From assembly GCA_009914755.4 (NCBI GenBank), contig CP068257.2:29312001-29376000 (forward strand): a stretch of DNA of 64,000 bases, given 5' to 3'. Made by a program: the position numbers and the translations under genes. The stretch comes from the human T2T-CHM13v2.0 reference genome, Homo sapiens. The notes under the pieces are model-generated. The model ran no database searches and was not told the DNA's origin. It saw only the letters and a program-made list of their open reading frames with translations. Positions 57,051 through 64,000 of this stretch are shown one piece after another. The number at the start of each line of letters is the position of its first letter. The stretch's first letter is position 1.

Positions 57051-60000
57051 GTATTATTTAAATTCTTGGCAATCTGAGATGTTGACCAGGTAGAGGGTTT
57101 ATCCCACCAGATACAATAAAAGATAGATCCTATTGCATCTAATAGTAACTCAGCTGGCCAGGGTCTGTGCTAAGGCATGCAAAATAAACACTGGGAAGGC
57201 AAGGGTAGTGACAGCAGGAAGAAAAGGAATAAATAAACCTATCACACGCCAGCATCATGAAGATGTTACCGAGAGCCCATGGCTATTGGGATCCTGAAGT
57301 AACACGAGGAAACAAAGATCAGTTTCACACACAGAAATAGGGAAGACATGTTGATGTCATGAAGATCCTCAAAGGGACCTCAGGGATGACCATCCTTACC
57401 GTAGCTCTAAAGTGACAACCTGAGCCAGGCTTACATCACAAAGAGGAGAATAAGAGAAACCCTCATCCCATGGTGACATCCCAAGACTGTCTCCTGATCT
57501 AGCCCCCTCCCATCACCACGCCAACCAGGAGGCGTCAGCCTGGCACTAACGCGGAGATGTCTGTGCTCAGGGTCTGCCTGTTTTCTCTTGGGAGCTGTGG
57601 GGATCTTGTGTTGCTCACTGCTACTTCTTGGACTTTCAGCCTTCTCCATGCGCAGCATCAATAGCTGAGAAAACATTCCGAATCACACTGACCCTATTTA
57701 TTAAGCAAAGGAAGAATATTCTAAGATATAAGGAACAGCTGATTACTGCTATAATGTTGTTTAATAGATAAGAACTAAAGGATGTTGGAAGGTTGTGACA
57801 TTGGTCAACCAGAAGGAAATTTAGAAGGAAATGTTAACCAGGGTAGCCTTGATGCCAGCCCCCCATTTCTTAGAAGTTGAGAGCTAAAGGGTATCAGAAC
57901 AGCTCCTGAGCGTCCCAACAAGGATTCCTAGATTTACTCAATTTGAAGATACCATCAATTGTGAGACACAACAAAAAATGGGAGGAAATAACAATTCACC
58001 AAAATTTTAAACATTCGATCAATAGTAAGGTGCTTCTCAATTTCATAAATATTAAAATGTGATGGGAAAAACTAATCAGAAAAAGAGAATAATTAAATGA
58101 CTCCTAGGACTAGAAGAAAACCTCGAAAGGTCTTTCAGCTGACCCCATGCCTTGAGGCGGGCCCCTACACTTCCGCCCAAATCAGAGAAAGTCTGACTAA
58201 TGTTAAAGATTAGGTTCTTTTCATTTTCCATGCCATTCCCTCAGTGAGAGTGAATTATAATTTGCCACGAATATAAAGAAGAGAGAAAAAAGTACATACA
58301 ATTTGCATACTAAAAATTGGAATACTAATGAAGACAAATCACTCCCCTCTGGGAGATGATCTGCTACTAAAATCCTTTTCCTCTGCTTTTAACTTGGCTT
58401 AGTGAAAAATAAATAATTTTTTTAAACTGCAGGGGGTGGGCAATGAGCTTCATTTAGAAAGTATTTCAAAGGTACCCTGGCTTTGTGCATTTTAAACATG
58501 AATTTCAGTAGATGCATTTATCTTTTTAACTATATTGTGCACGCATGCTAAGTTATATATGGCTCTTACAAGAATACGAAATTAGAATCTGCCCCACTGC
58601 AGAGAAAAGTGAAACACTCTTCATTATACCAGGCAGTGTAGGGTAACCTCCGGCTTTGAGTCAGCTGAACCTAAGTTTGAAATTCAACTTTATAACTCAC
58701 TTCGGCATCCCACCTCTATCTCTTGAACTTCTGTTTCTTGATTTATAAAATGGTGCAAATAATTCCCACACGTTACATTCAGGAATCGGTGAGATAACAG
58801 GTGTATATAACACTTTACACAGTGCCAGGGATTCGGTAAGGTTTTGGTCTATCATCTCGGCCCCTTTAAAAACAACCATTATAATAGAGTTTTTCAAAGT
58901 AAATGCTAATTTTAAAGTGAATCACATTGTTCCTAATTATGCTGGTTTAGATTGCAACTTTCATGGGAAATGAGGAGGCAGCATTTTGTTTTTACTTAAT
59001 AAACAAATGGTGCCTAGTTTATGCCACGCTCCATATGAGGTGTGAGAATGGACAGAGAGAAGACTGTGACACAGTTCTGGTTCCCCAAGGTTCCACCATC
59101 TAGTAGCCCACTGAGGAGCAGGGCGAAGCCTCGCCAGACACAGTGAGCCAGGCTCTAATAGAGGCATGGTACCAGGGGCAGGGCCCTCAAAGAGGCATCT
59201 GACAACCTGGAACACTGAAAAGGGCTCCATAGAGGTACAGGAACTGGAGTACAGCAAGATGTGGATGAAGCAGGGTGGGGTCTGCAGTGAGAACTGGATG
59301 CCCTGTTGCTCAGAAGGAAGGGAATCGGCTCTCATCACGGCTGTCAGCCAAGGGGCCCGGGGAAGAGAACACGCCTTCTATCTGCATAGCTGCCGGAGCA
59401 TCCAAAGGTCCAGAAAGGTCTGGGCTCCTTCAACTTTATTCCTCAGGGACTCTGCAAAGCCTCAGATCAACTTTCTGACCGGCCCTGCTTGGCTTCCTCT
59501 TCTCCTGTCTCAGGATTCCACGGCCTGCAGCCCCAGTGCTTTTACTGCGTTTCACGGCCCTCTTGTATATTAGATTCTAATTCCCGATGCTTCTTCTCAA
59601 GACCCCTTTTCCTAGAAAATCCATAGAAACTTTCATGGTTGCTAAAGCTTAGAAAAATGTCTTGCCCCAGGCTGGCTTCAAAGGATCACACGAAACCAGC
59701 AGCTCACCTCTCTGGTATTGATGCAGTTTCTCCAGAGCTGCAATGACCCCTAATGCCATCACAAATGACAGTCTTGGATCAAATTTAGGGTCCAATGTAG
59801 AAAGAATGTGGGCATTGAGAGGAAAAGGGTCTGGAATGTGCAGCCACTAAATCATCATGGAGCAGAGAAAACACCTGAATGTACTGAGACTAAGCCATTG
59901 GCTTCTGAAAGAAAGACAGGAGCTCTAGAATTTACCACCTCAAAGAGAACATTAGAAAGAGCCTTCAAAAGGAATGAGAAGCCCCAACCTCCCTCTGAGC

Positions 60001-61244
60001 ATCCTTGTTCTTGCTCCGACATTCCTCTGCCTGCTTTGATTTTTCTTTCAAGCCACAGATTCGTACCTGGCACAACAATGCGCAAACTCCATAGCCTGGC
60101 ATTTTTCCACCTAATATTCACCCCTGGTGGAGACTGATTTATGTATAAATTGTCTTGGCATAACAGGTGACACTTTGTAACTTGGCTGTCCTTCACTGTC
60201 AACAGGGGCTCCTGAAACATGCCTTCCTCACCTGCCTGGTGACTCTGCACCTGTGATTCTCAGTGGCTGCTCGCTCACCCCTTGACTTGCTGGCAGAGGC
60301 GGAGGCTGCTGATGGCTGGTATTCATCTCCCCACAGTGGCACCTCATGGTCCTCAACTCCAAGATGCAGAGGGAGCAAGGGAAGACGCAAGCCCCTCTGT
60401 CATCTCATCTGATGGAAATAGTCACGTGGTGTTGGATCAGGCAGGGCCCTCACTGGGGGACTTCTGTTCCAGAACCATCCCCAAGCTGTTACCACCTTTC
60501 GATCTCCTTTGGCAACTGGTCTATGATCAAATGACTTTGGGATAAACTCTTGCCCAAAGTTGGGTCCATGGCTCTGACTGGATGCTCCTGAATGAGATAA
60601 TGGAGAAAGGGAGGAGGAATGTTCACGTCTACGACCTCCCGGGAAAATAATTTGAGGCTAATTAAAAATAATTTAACTTAAATACAGTTGGGGTTTCCAG
60701 GGCAAAACACATCTCTTTGGATGGCAAGGATTAGAAAAATTACATTCAAAAAACCAATGCTCTGAAGCCCCGGTTTGCAAGAATTTGGCTTTTCTCTGCA
60801 TTTTTGCAAGAAACATAAATTGTCTGCAATACATTCCAAAGATCCTCACCCAACAGCACAAGCCAAAGTGCTTACATAGCACAACCTTGATGGTTCTCAG
60901 CCCACCCTCGGTAATGGATAATTCTCATGACGTGAATAATTTGTTATCTCAAGTGTGAATAAGGTTAGACATTTCTCCTCACGAACGGTCTAAAAATAAT
61001 ACCATGAGAGCCTCTTATATATTGAGTCAGTTGCTCTTTGGCAAGAAAAGAAGTGTATGTAAGGTGAAAAGTGTATCCCTCTAATCTTTCTATTCTAACC
61101 AAATTATTTTATTTCATGATCTATATCCTACTAATTGCAGGTGTCAGAAATAATAGGTGCTAGCACTTACATGGTACTTACCACGTGCCAGTTACCAGTT
61201 GAAGTGCTTTCCTGAACACATCTAATCCCCCAAACTACTTTAGG

Positions 61245-61385
61245 ATAGGTATTATGATTATCAAGTGCCTTTTAAAGATTATGAAACAAAGGCACAGAGA
61301 GGTTAAGTAGCTTGCCCAAGATCACACAGCTTGTCCTGTAAGAAGCCAAGCCTGTATTCATACCTGATGTTCTATGTGTAATGTC
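61245..61385 (-). mobile_element. MIR SINE (antisense)
   Basis: 'ggtattatgattatcaagtgccttttaaagattatgaaacaaaggcacagagaggttaagtagcttgcccaagatcacacagcttgtcctgtaagaagccaagcctgtattcatacc' is the reverse complement of MIR 'ggtatgaatcc.ggct..gccacttactagctgtgtgaccttgggcaagttacttaacctctctgtgcctcagtttcctcatctgtaaaatggg.ataataat'. Confidence 0.8.
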
Positions 61386-62793
61386 TGTGCACTTACCCAT
61401 TATTACACTCTTATGTCTCTCTAAAAATGTCACATAGGTGAAAATGTCACAAGAGTGAAAAAAGTTAAACATGTTCAATATGTAACAAAAATATTTTAGG
61501 GGTTTTTTTTTTTTGTCTAAATTGGGGGATGTTCAGGGTCTCCAAGCAATTTGTGAAAATTATTTTATTACTAGTGCAAAAACAAACAAAAAAACCCAGA
61601 GATCATCTAATCCAACTCTTCCCATTTTTTATCAAGGAGACTGAGGCTCAGAGTAATAAAAAGATTTCCCTGAGAACTAAGATTTGGGTGTTTTTCTCCT
61701 AGTAATCATGAATAATACTACCAGACAATGGGCGCTTGGATCTTGGTCCAGATACTATTAATTAACCTTGGGTTAATCCTAAGCAGTTTTCTTAGTTCTG
61801 AAATGAGAAGCTTAAAATAAATGTTTTCTAAGGTTTCCTTAAGCTGCACTTTCAATGATTCTAAATTGACTGACTGGTGCAGGGTCAAATAGCTTCGTGG
61901 ACAACGAAAAAAATAGGAAAAGGGTGGGAAAGGCAAGTAGAACTACTAAGAGGGGTCTGGAGGAATGGGGCTGCATCATCACTGGAGTGGGAACAGAATT
62001 CTCTGTGTTTCTTTTGTCTCCTCTGGGGACTGGTCTCAGAGCATGAAAGGGATAAATCAGAACATCAGCCCTTCACCTGATCTGTGTGTGAGTTAAAGCA
62101 AGACCTAGAGAGGACAGGGAACAGCAGAGTGTAGCTCAGTAATGACTTCCAAATTATGCAAAGGGAGATTTGGAATCAAGCTGAACCCATAATACTAAAT
62201 TACAGTGCACCTTCAAGTACAGAGGAATTGAATTTCACTGGGGAATCTGAGGATTGGAGGCCTATAAACCCACAGAAGGGAGTTGTGCCAAAAAATATAA
62301 CCAAGCAGCAAGTAGGATGACTAAAGAAATTGTGATGACCTTTTGTCTGCTCTTTTGTGACTATGAAAAATAAATGCATGCCCCCTTCCAAAAAAAAGAA
62401 AAAGAAAAAACTGCAGCAAAATCTGTTACACCAATGCCTATTGGAGAATATAAAGATTGGGAGGTCAAATTCCACATGTTTTAGCAGTGAGCAGATAGCA
62501 TAACAGTAGGAAAGAAGATTGGATTAAAATCTGTAGGCTTACTAAAAGCAGAAGCCCCATAATATAAAAGGTCCCTGTAGGACCTTTTTATATTATGTGA
62601 CTTTTTTTAATGTCTAGGAAAACATGAGCTCGCAGCCATTTTCAAAAGCTTTGAGGAGGACCTTGGACCTCCCTTGAAATGTTGGATTGACCTCCCCATA
62701 GTGTTAGCTAACTCTCCACACACAGAGTGAATGTCAGGTGACATTAAAAAGAACAGAACCAAGACTTCCCAGCAGAACTAAATGGAAAAAGAT

Positions 62794-63392
62794 AATCGTT
62801 TCTCAATCTTGGCACTCTTAACATTTCAGGCTAATAATTTTTTGTTGTGAGGGGCTGTGCTGTATACAGTGTAGGAAGTTCACCAGCATCCCTGGTATAT
62901 TAGTCTGCTCTCACACTGCTAATTATAGACATACCTGAGACTGAGTAATTTATAAAGGAAAGAGGTTTAATGGACTCATGGTTCCACATGGCTGGGGAGG
63001 CCTCATAATCATGGTGGAAGGTGAAGGAGGAGCAAAGTCACATCTTACATGGCGGCAGGCAAGAAGGGAGAGTGTGCAGGGGAACTCCCCTTTATCAAAC
63101 CATCAGATCTCATGAGACTTATTCACTATCACAAGAACAGCATGGGAAAGACCCACCCCCAGGATTCAATTACCTCCCACCAGGGCCCTCCCACAACACA
63201 TGGGAATTATAGGAGCTACAATTTGAGATTTGGGTGAGGACACAGCCAAATCATATCACCTGGCCTCTGCCCCCGGGTGCCAATAGCTTTGCCCCTGCCT
63301 CCAAGTTGAGACCAAAAATGTCTCAAGATATTGCCATATATCCCCAGAGTGGAGAGGAGGGCACAAAACTGCCCCTAGTTGAGAACCAGTGG
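62794..63392 (+). mobile_element. hAT-type ~200-bp MITE (third copy), split into 62794-62895 and 63264-63392 by the THE1 LTR
   Basis: Left part 'aatcgtttctcaatcttggcactcttaacatttcaggctaataattttttgttgtgaggggctgtgctgtatacagtgtaggaagttcaccagcatccctgg'. Right part 'cctctgcccccgggtgccaatagctttgcccctgcctccaagttgagaccaaaaatgtctcaagatattgccatatatccccagagtggagaggagggcacaaaactgcccctagttgagaaccagtgg'. Together they parallel the copies at 31128 and 54480. Confidence 0.65.
62896..63258 (-). mobile_element. ERVL-MaLR solo LTR, THE1B-like (antisense), flanked by 5-bp TSD 'CCTGG'
   Basis: 'tatattagtctgctctcacactgctaattatagacatacctgagactgagtaatttataaaggaaagaggtttaatggactcatggttccacatggctggggaggcctcataatcatggtggaaggtgaaggaggagcaaagtcacatcttacatggcggcaggcaagaagggagagtgtgcaggggaactcccctttatcaaaccatcagatctcatgagacttattcactatcacaagaacagcatgggaaagacccacccccaggattcaattacctcccaccagggccctcccacaacacatgggaattataggagctacaatttgagatttgggtgaggacacagccaaatcatatca' is the reverse complement of THE1B. 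'cctgg' lies at 62891-62895 and again at 63259-63263. Track ORFs 63021-63237 lie inside it. Confidence 0.9.
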
Positions 63393-64000
63393 AGTAGAAT
63401 GATGAGATTAGAAAGTGGTTCAGCACTCAGAGGCACTGAAACTCAAAAAAAAGAAAAAAAAAAGCAGTCAAAACCAAAACCCCATGTATCATTTTAAGGC
63501 TTTTTATTCATGTTAATCAAGCTGAAAAAATCTGGAGATAATTTGAGATTCAAAGTTTTGTCACTAATTATTTTAACAAGTATTTTAACAAGTACTCTCC
63601 AGATGCCCATTGTATTTTCAAATTTTATTTTTTAAAGACCCATTATTTTTCTCTCCTAGGACTGTCAGCTCTCTTCTCCATATTCCTTTTTTTTAATGCT
63701 TGTCAAAGTTTAATCAACCTAATTATCAGATTTGAAAATGAATGGCTATAAAATGTGAGTTTCTAAAAACAGATCAATCAACACAATTGTGCACGCGCCT
63801 AATAAAAGGTTTCAGGGTTAGGTTCTCCATGCCAGGAAGCTGTGACCCCAGAGACAGTTTCTCAGCATAATAGATTAACCTGCCTATTACCAGCAAAGTC
63901 TGATAGCTAATGGCTCACCCTGATTCAATCATAATAGCTACCTGCAGTGAAGTGATGTATCAGATTCTTAACTCTCATGGATATGGTGCTTGGAAATTAG

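Overview
This window is primate (almost certainly human) nuclear DNA, not a prokaryotic locus. It is AT-rich, CpG-poor and dominated by interspersed repeats. I count about 21 Alu SINEs (9 on +, 12 on -), several with target-site duplications (TSDs) and poly-A tails I can read directly. There is a rearranged ancient L1 ORF2 (reverse-transcriptase region) cluster at ~3.96-6.5 kb carrying two Alu insertions. There are seven ERVL-MaLR solo LTRs (THE1-, MST- and MLT1-like), about nine MIR SINE fossils, hAT-type DNA-transposon relics (one MER1-like, one MER5-like fragment, three copies of one ~200-bp MITE family), dinucleotide microsatellites, an Alu-tail-derived (GGAA/GGGA)n tract, and a ~0.8-kb degenerate minisatellite (period ~10-11 bp) next to a complex (TG)n(TA)n block. 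I find no convincing protein-coding exon, rRNA, tRNA, CpG island or promoter. Nearly all ORFs over 100 aa in the supplied track are translations of Alu, LTR or tandem-repeat sequence. The prompt's suggestion of a previously undescribed biological system is not supported by anything I can see; the window looks like an ordinary repeat-rich intronic or intergenic stretch. The things worth a second look are structural: the composite tandem-repeat locus at 48.96-50.09 kb, several cleanly reconstructable nested insertions, and a few young-looking Alu insertions that could be polymorphic. Repeat family names come from memory of consensus sequences, not a database search. Coordinates of repeat ends are good to roughly +/-5-10 bp. 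GC content was not computed.
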